Numbered from the whole stretch's first letter, positions 1-11,717 are shown. The stretch: 63,971 nt of DNA, filler included, from an uncultured Methanoregulaceae archaeon (GCA_964530035.1; 12 parts of 12 records of this genome joined end to end with filler, not necessarily neighbours in it); one strand, 5' to 3'. Made by a program: numbers and translations. Notes: generated from the letters alone by a model not told the origin.

Positions 1-277
1 ACCAATCGAGGAGATCGTCTGATTTAACCTTATTATGGCTTTTTTTCATGTTTCCCGCATGGACATAGATAACCTCCCTTCCGGTCGGTTCAACGGGTTC
101 CGTTGGGAGTACAATCGGGTGGTTGTCCAGGTCATCCCGTTCACGGTCTAACCGGCGATCATCACCGTGGACTGGCTGCAAAACCCCGTAACGGTCGAGA
201 AGGAAGTCAACAAAATCCTCCACCTGGCGCCGGTGTTCCGGGCTGAGCCTTTCAATCTTGGTATCAAGCGGGTTCAT
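1..277 (-). CDS. DUF2281-like small protein (3' end runs off window)
   Basis: Manual translation MNPLDTKIERLSPEHRRQVEDFVDFLLDRY...; GAGGAG SD upstream; not in ORF track because no stop is reached. Confidence 0.6.
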   Translation of the reverse strand, partial: MNPLDTKIERLSPEHRRQVEDFVDFLLDRYGVLQPVHGDDRRLDRERDDLDNHPIVLPTEPVEPTGREVIYVHAGNMKKSHNKVKSDDLLDW

Positions 278-367
278 GTTCTCCTCTTCGCACCGGTAAA
301 GACACCCTACTGGCTACTCCAAGAGATTTACGGTTCCGGCTCTGTGATTTCCTGATGGCACTCATGG

Positions 368-898
368 CTATTCGCGGGTTCGCATCAGAAGGATTTTCGA
401 TGAGTATTCTGCAAGGGATGTGAGCAGGTAGCCCTGTTCAAGGGATGCCCCGGCTGCAAAGGTTCCATGACCCCGTGCAATGACCAGCGGTGAGTGCTGA
501 AGGCCGGAGGCAACAGAAACGGCAAGTTCCTCTGTCCCTGGTTTTCCCGTGACAACCGGGATGGCGGGACAGAGAAGTTCACCCTTGATGTCAATGGGGA
601 TGACCTCATCAGTTTCGAATGAGATCGCTACGGCATGGGGGGGATGGGCATGCACAACGGCCTGGTGTGGTGTCTGCCGGTATGCCTCCCGGTGGACCTT
701 ATAATCAGTTGAAGCGGTTTCAGGTACGTCGCCCTGCAAGGGGCAGAAGACCAGGTCGCCCGGGTGGTCCAGATAACTTTCCGTTCTCGTGATCCAGAAA
801 CCGGACGGTGACCTGGAGCTCATGTTTCCACAATTCCCTGCTACCAGGCCCTCCTGAAAAAGCCTTTGCCCGATCTGCATGACGTAGTGCTTATTCAT
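368..898 (-). CDS. Class II aldolase/adducin family (fuculose-phosphate aldolase-like)
   Basis: GNMS, HAHPP and ARGHG metal-binding motifs; start trimmed to MNKHY. Confidence 0.85.
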   Translation of the reverse strand: MNKHYVMQIGQRLFQEGLVAGNCGNMSSRSPSGFWITRTESYLDHPGDLVFCPLQGDVPETASTDYKVHREAYRQTPHQAVVHAHPPHAVAISFETDEVIPIDIKGELLCPAIPVVTGKPGTEELAVSVASGLQHSPLVIARGHGTFAAGASLEQGYLLTSLAEYSSKILLMRTRE

Positions 899-963
899 CC
901 CGGTCTCCCGGCGGACGTGAAGATAGTAATGGTGAGGTAAGTCTTCCCGGGTAGTCTCCTGGA

Positions 964-1614
964 TTATACAAACCTGATCCCGACATCCCTCATTTTGTTG
1001 AAACGGGCGATATTCAACAGCAGTGGGGTGATACACTCGACCATTGGTGAGGCTGCGAGGGGGCCGGCATCAAAGGCCTTTAATTTTGAGATACGGTTGA
1101 TGATTCCCATCACCGTGGCCTTGGCCTCCTGGTCATCCGAGCAGACCGGTATGGCGTAATCAAGTTCTTCATCAACTGCCTTCCACCTGTTCGCTGCAAC
1201 CGTATTGAAGGCCGTTACAAGCCGTGTGCCCTCAGGCAGGAGCCGTTTTGCCATAAGGGCGGCAGAACCCTCTGCCGGGGGGATAAAAGTAAAAAAATCC
1301 CGTTTTTCCATGGGGTTTACGGGACTTACAACGATTTTATCCTTAAACCCGGTCAGGCCTCCGAGAGTCGGCTCGAGGTGCCTGAATGGTATGGCAAGGA
1401 TCACAACATCCGTATCGTCCACGGCCTGCTGGTTGGAGACCCCGGAACAGGAACAGGAAATTCCCCGCGCCTTCAGGAGGTCTTTACAGCACTGGCCGGC
1501 TTCAGCTGCTTTCACCTCGTCCCTTGAGCCAATGACGACATCATAAAGCGGAGACAGCCGTACCGCTATTCCCTCGCCGATATCTCCCGTTCCACCAACT
1601 ATACCGATTTTCAT
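964..1614 (-). CDS. npdG: NADPH-dependent F420 reductase
   Basis: MKIGIVGGTGDIGEG Rossmann fold, GSR, SPVNP, AFNTV, VECITPLL motifs. Confidence 0.92.
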   Translation of the reverse strand: MKIGIVGGTGDIGEGIAVRLSPLYDVVIGSRDEVKAAEAGQCCKDLLKARGISCSCSGVSNQQAVDDTDVVILAIPFRHLEPTLGGLTGFKDKIVVSPVNPMEKRDFFTFIPPAEGSAALMAKRLLPEGTRLVTAFNTVAANRWKAVDEELDYAIPVCSDDQEAKATVMGIINRISKLKAFDAGPLAASPMVECITPLLLNIARFNKMRDVGIRFV

Positions 1615-1615
1615 A

Positions 1616-1888
1616 TCAGCTCACCAGAGGCTTGAGGATGCCTTCAAGCGTCCCTGCATCTGTCACACCCTGGAACTCCTTGACCTTCTTACCGTCTATT
1701 TCAATGATGAGTGTGGGAACGACCTGGATTCCATATGTGCCGGCGAGGTCCATGTTCTGGTCAACATCTATCGTTCGTACCTCGATGCTATCGCCCATCT
1801 TTCTTTTTAGTTCTTCCAGGATAGGGCCCTGGCGCTTGCAAGGACCACACCACTCGGCATAAAAATCAAGTATAACGGGTTTACCCAT
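1616..1888 (-). CDS. Thioredoxin
   Basis: DFYAEWCGPCK and VPT motifs. Confidence 0.93.
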   Translation of the reverse strand: MGKPVILDFYAEWCGPCKRQGPILEELKRKMGDSIEVRTIDVDQNMDLAGTYGIQVVPTLIIEIDGKKVKEFQGVTDAGTLEGILKPLVS

Positions 1889-1947
1889 AGGGAAATCCAC
1901 CAACAACAAATGTCGCGCTTAAAAAGGGATAAAGATTGTTATTTTTC

Positions 1948-3615
1948 TTATTTGGAGAGGATAGCCATTATTATCCGTCCGTATGCCGGCCTGGTCACGA
2001 CAACCCCGACAAAGACCCCGATAATGGTGATCAGGGCAAATCCCCTGAGAGTCGAGAGGTCCATGACGACCAGGGGGATCATCGCGATAATTACCGTTGA
2101 AGCCGATGCGACGATAATGGTGAGAGCCCGTGCAAGCCGCTTCCGGTAGAGGGTCGGTGAAGGCACCCTCCCCTCATGGAGGATCTCGTCAGTGATGATG
2201 ACCAGCTGGTCGATACCGGTACCCAGGACAGCGATAAGCCCCGCAATCGTGGCGAGGTCAAGCTGGATGATCCACCGGGATATGCCAAGGAGGATGATGA
2301 GTTCAGAGATGTTGATGGCCATCATCGGTAAAACGATGGCTGGTTCGCGGTACCTGAAGTATACCGTCAGACCTACGGTGAGAATGGCAAGGAGCGCCGC
2401 GAGGATGACCATCGTCTTGAAGTGTTCACCAAGTGCCGCCGAAACCGAACCTGACCCGGCCACGGAGACATCCACGGGGAGTGCCCCAGCCCGGAGATGA
2501 ATCTCAAGGTTCTGTGCCGCGGTCATGCTGGGTGTCCCGGAACCGGTCGATGCATAGAGCTGTTTTACCGGCTCGGCCTTCAGGCGTGCCGCGAGGTCGG
2601 GGGAGAGCGGAGCCCCGTACACCTGGACATTATCCAGGAGCATGAACAGCTGGTGGCTTTCGGGATTGTCCACGGCTCCGGTCTTTACGACCATGTCACG
2701 GAACTCCTTTGCACCATCGTCAGAGAGGGTAAAACCGACACCCCACGAGTTGCTGCCCGGTGGTTCCTGGCTCGGGTTTGAGACCGACGATATGGTATCG
2801 CCGTAAATTACATGCTCGGTCTGACCCCCTTCAGTCTGAACGCGTATCTCGAACTTTCCTTGCTTTCCGACGATATCCTGTGCCTGTTTCATGGTCTTGC
2901 CGGCAAGTTCCACCCTGATGTATCTGGTGGTCCCGTCCAGACCCGTAATCGTGTTGACCTTCGCGTCCTGGGTCCCTGCAAAGTTTACCTTCTGTTCAAG
3001 GATCCTCTTGATGTCATTCGCCGTTTCCTTTGAAACGCCCTGCTGGTAAGTAATGATCTTCGCGCCGTTCTCGGCGAATATCGGCTCGAGCTCCTCGCGG
3101 CTGTAATACTTGCGGATCTCAATCTTGTCCGGTCCGATTACCTCGACATCGGCATCCAGGCGTGTTTTCAAGGCGGAAATAAACTTTTCAAGGTCAGCCT
3201 CGTTCTGGATATTTGACTGGTATCCTACCACTGCGGCTTTAAACTCCAGCTGGAGCCAGGAACCCTCCTGGAGGTCAAGGCCGAACTGGAGGTTGGTTGC
3301 GAAGCGGGTCTTCTGTTCATAGGATACGACAGGTATCCCGAGGGATGAAAAAATCGCATCTATTTCCGCTTTGCTGTAGGCTTTTGGGATTTCTATGGTC
3401 GTGGTTTCGTTTGTCGAGCCGATGACCTTGACAGATACGCCCATCTTGTTATTCAGGGCGCTTATTGCCTGGTCAACCGGCATCGTGTTTGAGAAAGTGA
3501 CAACCTCGTAGCTTTCGAAGTGGGGGTAGATGGAGATCACTGAAATTATCAGGAGTGCTATGAGAAGTAACACCCGGTAATCCCTGAAGAGGCTGCGTAG
3601 TTCTTCCTGGTTCAT
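1948..3615 (-). CDS. secD: Protein translocase subunit SecD
   Basis: GLDLQEG, LRAGALP, GTGID motifs; C-terminal TM bundle; overlaps secF stop (ATGA). Confidence 0.95.
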   Translation of the reverse strand: MNQEELRSLFRDYRVLLLIALLIISVISIYPHFESYEVVTFSNTMPVDQAISALNNKMGVSVKVIGSTNETTTIEIPKAYSKAEIDAIFSSLGIPVVSYEQKTRFATNLQFGLDLQEGSWLQLEFKAAVVGYQSNIQNEADLEKFISALKTRLDADVEVIGPDKIEIRKYYSREELEPIFAENGAKIITYQQGVSKETANDIKRILEQKVNFAGTQDAKVNTITGLDGTTRYIRVELAGKTMKQAQDIVGKQGKFEIRVQTEGGQTEHVIYGDTISSVSNPSQEPPGSNSWGVGFTLSDDGAKEFRDMVVKTGAVDNPESHQLFMLLDNVQVYGAPLSPDLAARLKAEPVKQLYASTGSGTPSMTAAQNLEIHLRAGALPVDVSVAGSGSVSAALGEHFKTMVILAALLAILTVGLTVYFRYREPAIVLPMMAINISELIILLGISRWIIQLDLATIAGLIAVLGTGIDQLVIITDEILHEGRVPSPTLYRKRLARALTIIVASASTVIIAMIPLVVMDLSTLRGFALITIIGVFVGVVVTRPAYGRIIMAILSK

Positions 3616-4466
3616 TTTCCACCCCTCTTCTGGACATACCACCTGATAAGTCCCGCATTGGTAAGCCATGTATTCATGATGTCAAAAAAAAGCCCGATCA
3701 GGAGGACTGCCGACATCTCCCAGATGATTGTGACCTGGCCTATCCAGGAGACGATGAACATGGCGGCTACCGCAGCGATGGCAGTACTTGTCATGATGAT
3801 ACCAGTCCTGAAAGCACCGGCCATCTTGTCATTCAGATTACCCTGCCGTTTCAGGACCCGCATGGTGAGGAGGATGTCCGAGTCAACGGAGTAACCGATG
3901 AGCATAAGGAGTGCGGCGGTCGTGCCGAGCGAAAGGGGCAGGCCGACGACATTCATTGTCGCTGCAGTCATTGCCATGTCCGCAAATGCCGAGATAACCA
4001 CCGCCATCGAAGGGACAAATGTCCTGAAAATCAGGAAGATGACGATGGACATCCCGACGAACGAGAAGATGAGTGCCAGGAATGCCTGGTTTTGGAGGGT
4101 CTGACCAAATGATGCCCCTATCTGGTCAATTTTCGCGTCAGGATACTTCTGTGCGACAAGCGCAGATAGTTCGTTGAAACGCTCGTCGGCCATTGGTTCA
4201 AACCTGATAAGTTTGCCGTTGTTCACCCCTTCACCGATATTTGCAATTGAGTAACCGGTAAAGGTAGCCCGTATCTGGTCCGGGGTGTCTGCGGTAAACA
4301 CAGTGACCGCAGTACCTCCCTTGAAATCCATCCCCGGCATTACGGGCATGCCGGTGGATGCAAAGGTAAGCCCGATGGAGATCAAAGACAGTACGAGCAG
4401 TACTGCCGGGATTGCGACCATCTGGGCCAACGAATATCTGCTGATATCGTAGTGGATCAATCCCAT
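3612..4466 (-). CDS. secF: Protein translocase subunit SecF
   Basis: GMDFKGG, IGYSVDSDILLT, NTWLTNA motifs. Confidence 0.95.
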   Translation of the reverse strand: MGLIHYDISRYSLAQMVAIPAVLLVLSLISIGLTFASTGMPVMPGMDFKGGTAVTVFTADTPDQIRATFTGYSIANIGEGVNNGKLIRFEPMADERFNELSALVAQKYPDAKIDQIGASFGQTLQNQAFLALIFSFVGMSIVIFLIFRTFVPSMAVVISAFADMAMTAATMNVVGLPLSLGTTAALLMLIGYSVDSDILLTMRVLKRQGNLNDKMAGAFRTGIIMTSTAIAAVAAMFIVSWIGQVTIIWEMSAVLLIGLFFDIMNTWLTNAGLIRWYVQKRGGK

Positions 4467-4577
4467 ACCAGAACAGGTGCGCTTTGAAGGAATATCATGG
4501 TTTAGCTTGGGCCCGGTCGGAAACCCTATCTCTTTTATGTCAAAAGACAGAAAACGCGCTTAAAATCCACGCCCTCC

Positions 4578-4964
4578 ATGACCGTCCAGGCCTTGGGCGG
4601 GAGCGATAAACCAGAAGGACTTTATAAGGCCCTGACCGAGCTTGATGGCATGAGATCGCCAGCGGATGTGCGGGCCCTTATTGAGGACCGACTTGCACGT
4701 TACCTCAAGAAAGACCGCAGCGGTATCAGGAGAGCCATGCTCCGCCTCTTCATCGAGGTGCCGGAGCTGACCATCGGTGAAATCCATGCAAGGCTTTCAT
4801 CGTTATTTCCAATCAGCCTGCATTCAGTTGCGGCGACGGTTGGAATTATTTCTACCCGGCTGGGACTGCTCCATGTGAGGAGAAACCCTGAAGGGACGTG
4901 CTGCATTTATCAGTTAAAAGGTCAGTACGTAGATCTGGTTCGACGGTCGGTCACGGTTGCCTGA
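4578..4964 (+). CDS. DUF2551 family archaeal wHTH protein
   Basis: RLARYLKKDRSGIRRA...SVAATVGIISTRLGLL pattern. Confidence 0.75.
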   Translation: MTVQALGGSDKPEGLYKALTELDGMRSPADVRALIEDRLARYLKKDRSGIRRAMLRLFIEVPELTIGEIHARLSSLFPISLHSVAATVGIISTRLGLLHVRRNPEGTCCIYQLKGQYVDLVRRSVTVA

Positions 4965-5016
4965 ACAATCAGGCCAACCAGACTACCTCCCCATTATACA
5001 GGGTGACAATCTTTTG

Positions 5017-5307
5017 ATGGACTCGTTCACGAATAAAAGGACATCGGTTGCCGATTCCTTTTCGGAAATCCATATAAACGATGATGTAATCGCGTATATC
5101 CAGAAAAAAAAGACTGACTTCCGGATCTCTACCTCATGCGGCGGGCCTGTTCTCCTTCCGGTTTCATACAAGCCCCCCAAGAAAACGGACATCAGGCTGC
5201 GGGCCGGTGATTATATCATTTACGTATCCATTCACCAGGTCAGTTATATGTCGGAGATCCATATGGGTATGGTCCCGTTTCATCAGGAGAGAACCGTAGG
5301 GGTGTGA
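5017..5307 (+). CDS. Conserved hypothetical protein
   Basis: FRISTSCGGPVLLPVSYKPPK; co-oriented in operon; start uncertain (4957 or 5017). Confidence 0.65.
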   Translation: MDSFTNKRTSVADSFSEIHINDDVIAYIQKKKTDFRISTSCGGPVLLPVSYKPPKKTDIRLRAGDYIIYVSIHQVSYMSEIHMGMVPFHQERTVGV

Positions 5308-5317
5308 TTATACCGGG

Positions 5318-5734
5318 ATGAGCTTTACTGAGCTCGATCATACGGCGGATATTCTCATCAGGGTTCATGCTCCTACCCTTGAATCCTGTTTTGCGGAGTG
5401 TGGATTGGCACTGATGACGGTGATGTATCGGGATATCGGCTCAACACCTCCTGTCATTCAAAGGACGGTTACCGTATGGGCCGATGACAGCGCCGGGCTT
5501 CTTCATGATTTCCTTTCAGATCTTCTGTGCCTGTCAGAGTCGGAAAACCTTGTGTTTTCAGGGATTACCGTGCGCCTGAGCGGGGAGAACCGGCTTGATG
5601 CAGACCTTTCAGGAGATGTTTTCGATCCCGGAATGCATGGAGGGGGGGCAGAGGTCAAGGGGATCTCCTTTTCAGGCCTGGATATATTCAAGGACGAACA
5701 GGGATATGATATTGATATCCTCTTCGATGTGTGA
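5318..5734 (+). CDS. Archease
   Basis: ELDHTAD, EVKGIS and terminal FDV motifs; adjacent to rtcB. Confidence 0.95.
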   Translation: MSFTELDHTADILIRVHAPTLESCFAECGLALMTVMYRDIGSTPPVIQRTVTVWADDSAGLLHDFLSDLLCLSESENLVFSGITVRLSGENRLDADLSGDVFDPGMHGGGAEVKGISFSGLDIFKDEQGYDIDILFDV

Positions 5735-5739
5735 TTCCG

Positions 5740-6000
5740 ATGATCCAGGGAGTAAAACGGCTTGGACCTTTTGAATGGGAAGTCCCGGTGACCCTCGAGG
5801 AGGGTGCGGTGCTACAGCTTGCAAATGTCGCCACAATGCCGGGGATCATCAGGCATTCCCTTGCGATGCCAGACATTCACTGGGGATATGGTTTTCCCAT
5901 TGGCGGAGTTGCGGCTTTTTCCCTTGAAGACGGTGTCATATCTCCTGGCGGTGTAGGCTTTGATATTAATTGCGGGGTCAGGCTCCTCACGACTCCGTTG
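5740..6000 (+). CDS. rtcB: RtcB RNA ligase, N-terminal fragment (cut by contig end)
   Basis: [15 protein letters not shown] and [14 protein letters not shown] motifs. Confidence 0.93.
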
Positions 6001-6100
6001 NNNNNNNNNNNNNNNNNNNNNNNNNNNNNNNNNNNNNNNNNNNNTTAATTAATTAANNNNNNNNNNNNNNNNNNNNNNNNNNNNNNNNNNNNNNNNNNNN
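6001..6100. other. Artificial contig linker (N44-TTAATTAATTAA-N44); also at 12000, 17956, 23896, 29835, 35710, 41250, 46386, 51520, 56634 and 61612 (100 nt each)
   Basis: Identical all-frame-stop spacer; genes truncated at linkers; internal contig lengths fall monotonically from 5899 to 4878 nt. Confidence 0.99.
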
Positions 6101-7223
6101 TCCCTTCGTATGACGCCTGGAAGGCAGTAACCTTGCCAACCGTGGATGTCACAGAAGATGTAGCCGTGTTCCCGGATGTGTCGTGAGCGTTGGTCGTTGC
6201 TGTAGCTGCACTGCCCGTCACATCTGTCGCCGTCTGGAAAGACGCAGATTCACCTATTGTTGCAGCTGCAACCTGCGTGGTTGACACGGTTCCCGGCTGG
6301 TAGGAATAGACGTTTTGTCCATCTACCTGGCCGACCAAGTACCAGCTGCCCGATGAAGCAGATGCCGATGCTGTATCGGTTCCAGCTCTGCTTGCAACGT
6401 TCGCAACGGAACTCACAAGGTTGGTCTCACCAGAGGTAGTTGTTGTCTGTTCCGCTACCGCACCACCCACGAAAGAAATACCAACAGAGTCCTGAGGGTC
6501 ATCGAGCGTGGCGCCATAACCGACGATGGTATCTGCCCCTGCTCCTGACATCTGCGCAGTTGTCATGACACCGTTTGTCACAAGCGCATTGGTCGCTCCG
6601 CTTGCAATGCCGTAATTCGAGACCGTCCCAGCAGATACCAGATCACCACCTGCGCCAACACCGATTAATCCATTGGGTGAGTAAGCCCCGATAGTCGATG
6701 AGGTTCCGAGATCATCGAGGTGTGCAGTCATGACTGGATCTGCAGTATAGCCATCCTTTACTACGACATATGCGGACGAGAAGTCAGTCTGCCCGCTGGA
6801 CGTACCAACAACGCTAAAGATTGACCTGCCGTATCCAGACGAGGACTGGTAGGCATCTGCAACCGGTCCAGCTCCGCTAGTAGACACGTCCGACGTCTGT
6901 TCTACATTGGCGCTTCCACGGGTCGTGTAGGTCGCTGATAGTGAACTTATCCCCCTATAGAGGTTGCCGGTCGCGGACTGTTGTACAACGCCATCACCGT
7001 AGGCAACAGAGTCCTGACCTGCAGATGCTACTCCACTATCTACAGATACACCTTGGGATAAGGACGAGAAGTCAACGCCGCCATTGGCGACACCAGTCAT
7101 GACGGAGGCATAGCTGCCATGACCGTCAGACTCCATCCCTCCTACGAGGTAATTGGCTGCGGATGCAGCCGTAACACTCAATACAATGATGGCGACAAGC
7201 GCCACCAGCACTTTTCGATGCAC
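6101..7223 (-). CDS. Secreted Ser/Thr/Ala/Gly-rich surface protein (3' truncated)
   Basis: Signal peptide MHRKVLVALVAIIVLSVTAASA; purine-rich SD (AGGAGG) before GTG; no Cys, low charge. Confidence 0.8.
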
Positions 7224-7786
7224 TTTCCTTTCCTCCTAGTTATCCCCTCGGGATAGCTATGAACGATTCTTTAAACCAGGGTAAAATAACGATATGCGAG
7301 ACAATTTTGACGAAATAAACGGTTTACAATGATATGAATCATTGAGCCGGGATGGGTGACCGGTGCCTTATAGTAATGAGTACCAACATCACAATCACTG
7401 TTACAATGGATGACAATATGCGCCGTTGAAGACGTTGATATACCAAGACCACCAGTTTTTAACAGACGGTAAATTTAAGGTGAAATGCTGTTTCAACCTG
7501 TTTCCAAGCCAATCGTGGAAGACTTCCCATACGTCCCTGCAAATTCGAAAAAGATGGGAAAATCGTAGTATTAATCCCCGGAACTGGTGTCTGACATCTG
7601 TCTGACCATACAATTCAGAACCCCTGTTGAGAGAGACCACGGGACAAAGAGAAAATGCCCGACGGAGGTATCCATCCTCATAGCGGTTACCACCCTTCCA
7701 CTCCGTTTTGTACCATGAACAAAATGCCCGCGCAATCCCGAAAAACCCGCAGTTTATCTAGTATCAGGCCCATCCAGTACTCATCC

Positions 7787-8220
7787 ATGGAAGAGGTCGA
7801 AGTGGTGACAGCACGGGGGCACCCGCTGGTCGCGGGGACCCATCCGACGACGTTCGAGGTGACCCGTGCGGAACACCTGTCGCGTGCCGGCGACTGCATC
7901 ATCGCCATCGGGGCAGATAAGGCCGCGGCAGACCTTTCCGAAGAATTCCGGTCGGCCATCCGGAAGCCGGGCTCGGTGCTTACGACCCATCTTTCCTGCG
8001 GGGATGTCGACTACGAGGTCACGTCCCTGGGCCATCCTGACTTCGTCCTTGACCACAACGAGGACCTTGTGTGGCGCCGGAGCAGCTACATTGACGGGCG
8101 GACGATTGGTATCCAATCGGATGCGACGGCACGGTCACTTCCCCGGGAGCTTGTCGCCCTGCTCCGAGATGGTGCGCGGCTTGTCGTTACGATGACCGTG
8201 ACAGGAGGGGATGATACCGG

Positions 8221-8224
<4 letters not shown>
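7787..8224 (+). CDS. DUF371 family protein
   Basis: ARGHPLV.GTHPTTFEVT, GDCII and WRRS motifs. Confidence 0.9.
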
Positions 8225-9291
<1,067 letters not shown>

Positions 9292-9418
9292 CAACTTGTC
9301 ATGGAGAATCAGGACCTTGGCAACTGTTTTTTTCCCGAAGGAACCTTTAAACGGTTGTCACATCAATATGAGTGTGACAAACGGTCCGTTCAGGGCTGCA
9401 TAAGGAGTTTTCAGAAGC

Positions 9419-9598
9419 ATGGACAAGATGGGTATTCTCGAGATCATCGTCGGAATCATTTTCGTAGCACTGGGACTATACGCGGCCTACATCTTCCTGC
9501 CCGAGCTGATCTTCGTGCTCAAGGGAGTTGTCGGCGTTATCGCGATCCTCGTCGGACTGCTCCTCCTCGTGATCGGGTACATCACGGTCAAGGAATAA
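9419..9598 (+). CDS. Small two-TM membrane protein (59 aa)
   Basis: MDKMGILEIIVGIIFVALGLYAAYIFLPELIFVLKGVVGVIAILVGLLLLVIGYITVKE; AAGGAG upstream, T-tract downstream; below ORF-track cutoff. Confidence 0.75.
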   Translation: MDKMGILEIIVGIIFVALGLYAAYIFLPELIFVLKGVVGVIAILVGLLLLVIGYITVKE

Positions 9599-9623
9599 CC
9601 GGTTCACTTTCCTTTTTTCCAGG

Positions 9624-10244
9624 TCAGACCGGGAGAGTCCGTTCAAGGACCATGATCTCGACCGGTATTTCCAGCCGGTCCCTAGTATGAAATGAAAACG
9701 TGCGGGGTATGACCAGCGCACCGGAGGTCATGGACACCACCTGCGCCCGGCCCTCAACATACGACATCACAAAAACAGCTGAACCCGAGTTGAAGATCCC
9801 ATGCACCGTCCTCCCAAGAAATAGGGCGGTGTCGATGAAAGGACGGTCAGCATGTTCCTTCTGTGCCCCGAACGGCGGGTTCATGACAACCGTGTCCACA
9901 GGGCCTGGCAGGGGTACCTGAAGACCTGCACCAATAAAAGATTCGATAAGCTCGATTTCAACCCCCAGGTGTGAAGCGTTCTCCTTCGCCGTCTTTAAAG
10001 CAGCAGGGTCCCGGTCGACTCCCCACACCTTCGACGCCCCGAGCAGGCATGCCCCAATCGCGAGGATCCCCGTCCCGCACCCCAGGTCAAGGACTGCCCG
10101 GCCTTCGATATCCCCCCTGAGCGCCGCATCGAAGAGGAGCCGGGCGGCAAGGGGAGCGGGAGTCTGGTACTGTTCGTACCGCGGGTCCGGCCGTTCAAAA
10201 CCCCTGACCTTCTGGAGCGCCATCTCGAGCTGGCGGAGCTTCAT
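9624..10244 (-). CDS. METTL5-family RNA methyltransferase
   Basis: EQYQTP, DLGCGTG and MNPPFG motifs. Confidence 0.93.
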   Translation of the reverse strand: MKLRQLEMALQKVRGFERPDPRYEQYQTPAPLAARLLFDAALRGDIEGRAVLDLGCGTGILAIGACLLGASKVWGVDRDPAALKTAKENASHLGVEIELIESFIGAGLQVPLPGPVDTVVMNPPFGAQKEHADRPFIDTALFLGRTVHGIFNSGSAVFVMSYVEGRAQVVSMTSGALVIPRTFSFHTRDRLEIPVEIMVLERTLPV

Positions 10245-11188
10245 TCCAGGATCTCGTCGATGGATATGGCGTCCATCTCCCGTGCGCCCATGATGGCCTC
10301 GAACTCGGCCGGTGAAAGAACCGGCCGGGAAAAGCGTTCCTGGTCGTCGTAGGCGATTCGCGGACAGGCGGTATTCACATAGGCGTCGAATCCCAGGTTG
10401 ATGAGAGCCTCGGGGGTCACTTCCCTGATGATGACGATATGGGCGTCATCATGGAGCCTGGCAAGCCGTTCTGCGAGGTCCATCCGTTCCTGTCCGCCCT
10501 TCGATGAGACTAGGACCCCGAAGCTTCCTGCTGACCGCGCCTTTTCCATGACGGCGAACCGGCGCCTGACCATCCGGGACACGTCGACCACCGAGGCTTC
10601 ACCGGTATAGGGATCAAGGGCGACAACGCGTTTTCCGGTGGCAAGGGCAACTCCTGCCGGGTGGAAACGGCCGGTACCCACGTAGAGGACCTCATATGCA
10701 TCGACGGAACGCGCCGAGCCAAATGAACAACCGAGCACCTGGCCTTCCAGGGGGGCACGCGGCCCGCCCGGGCAGGCAGATGCACTGATCCCTTTCGTAC
10801 CGAGATACCGGATAATCTCCGGCACCAGGTGGGCATGCTGAACGGTCGTCACGACCCCCACCGTCCTTCCCTGCAGTAGCGGAATGGCGGCATCAAGGGC
10901 TTCCAGGGGAAATTCCATACGGTACGGCTGGTAGATGACCCCGGGGTGGTCTCCAAGAGGGGCATGACCGATATGGACAAGGACATCGGCTCGTGCAGCC
11001 GCGTCGTCTGCAAGGTCACATGCCCCGTAACAGGGATCGCCGCTGATGATGACAGAGAAACCGGCCTTCTTCAGCTCCCGGGCATAGGAAACTGCCTGCC
11101 TCTTGAGGCCGTCAGGGACCTGGAGGGCGACCCGCCGGGCCTTCCGGCGGGTGAGTTCTTCTATAATCTCAGAAATACCGGTCGACAA
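10241..11188 (-). CDS. dph2: Diphthamide biosynthesis enzyme Dph2
   Basis: [18 protein letters not shown] and TACPR (three Fe-S Cys). Confidence 0.95.
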   Translation of the reverse strand: MSTGISEIIEELTRRKARRVALQVPDGLKRQAVSYARELKKAGFSVIISGDPCYGACDLADDAAARADVLVHIGHAPLGDHPGVIYQPYRMEFPLEALDAAIPLLQGRTVGVVTTVQHAHLVPEIIRYLGTKGISASACPGGPRAPLEGQVLGCSFGSARSVDAYEVLYVGTGRFHPAGVALATGKRVVALDPYTGEASVVDVSRMVRRRFAVMEKARSAGSFGVLVSSKGGQERMDLAERLARLHDDAHIVIIREVTPEALINLGFDAYVNTACPRIAYDDQERFSRPVLSPAEFEAIMGAREMDAISIDEILE

Positions 11189-11717
11189 TCCGCACCCGGT
11201 CGGTCACTTCTATCGTGACCAGTGCCTTGTAAGGTATTTTCACGGGGGGGTCCCCGCGACGGATGGCGATACAGACGTCCGCTATGTCTGCTCCGATATG
11301 GTCAAGAGCTCCAACGAGGGCCTTGAGCGTACCCCCGGTGCTGATAACATCGTCAACTATCACGACCCGGTCGCCCCTTGAAACACCGTTGATGTACAGC
11401 TCGCCCTTTGAGTACCCGGTCGTCTGGTGGACGGCGACCTCGCCAGGGAGGTGGTAGAACCGTTTCCTGACAATGCTCATCGGGATGTCGGTCATGGTCG
11501 ATATGAGCGATCCAAGGGGAATTCCCATCGCTTCCGCGACGACGATGGTCTTCACCTTGTCAAGGTCGAGGACCCTGACCATCGCGACGGCTACCTCGCG
11601 GAGGAGGGCCGGGTCCACGATCGGGACGCCATCCGTGATGGGATGGATGAAGTAGTTGTATTCACCCCTCTCAACGATGGGGCAGGTCTCGAGTGATTCT
11701 ATCAGGTGTTCAAGCAT
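11169..11717 (-). CDS. hpt: Hypoxanthine/guanine phosphoribosyltransferase
   Basis: [17 protein letters not shown] and [13 protein letters not shown] motifs. Confidence 0.92.
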   Translation of the reverse strand: MLEHLIESLETCPIVERGEYNYFIHPITDGVPIVDPALLREVAVAMVRVLDLDKVKTIVVAEAMGIPLGSLISTMTDIPMSIVRKRFYHLPGEVAVHQTTGYSKGELYINGVSRGDRVVIVDDVISTGGTLKALVGALDHIGADIADVCIAIRRGDPPVKIPYKALVTIEVTDRVRIVDRYF

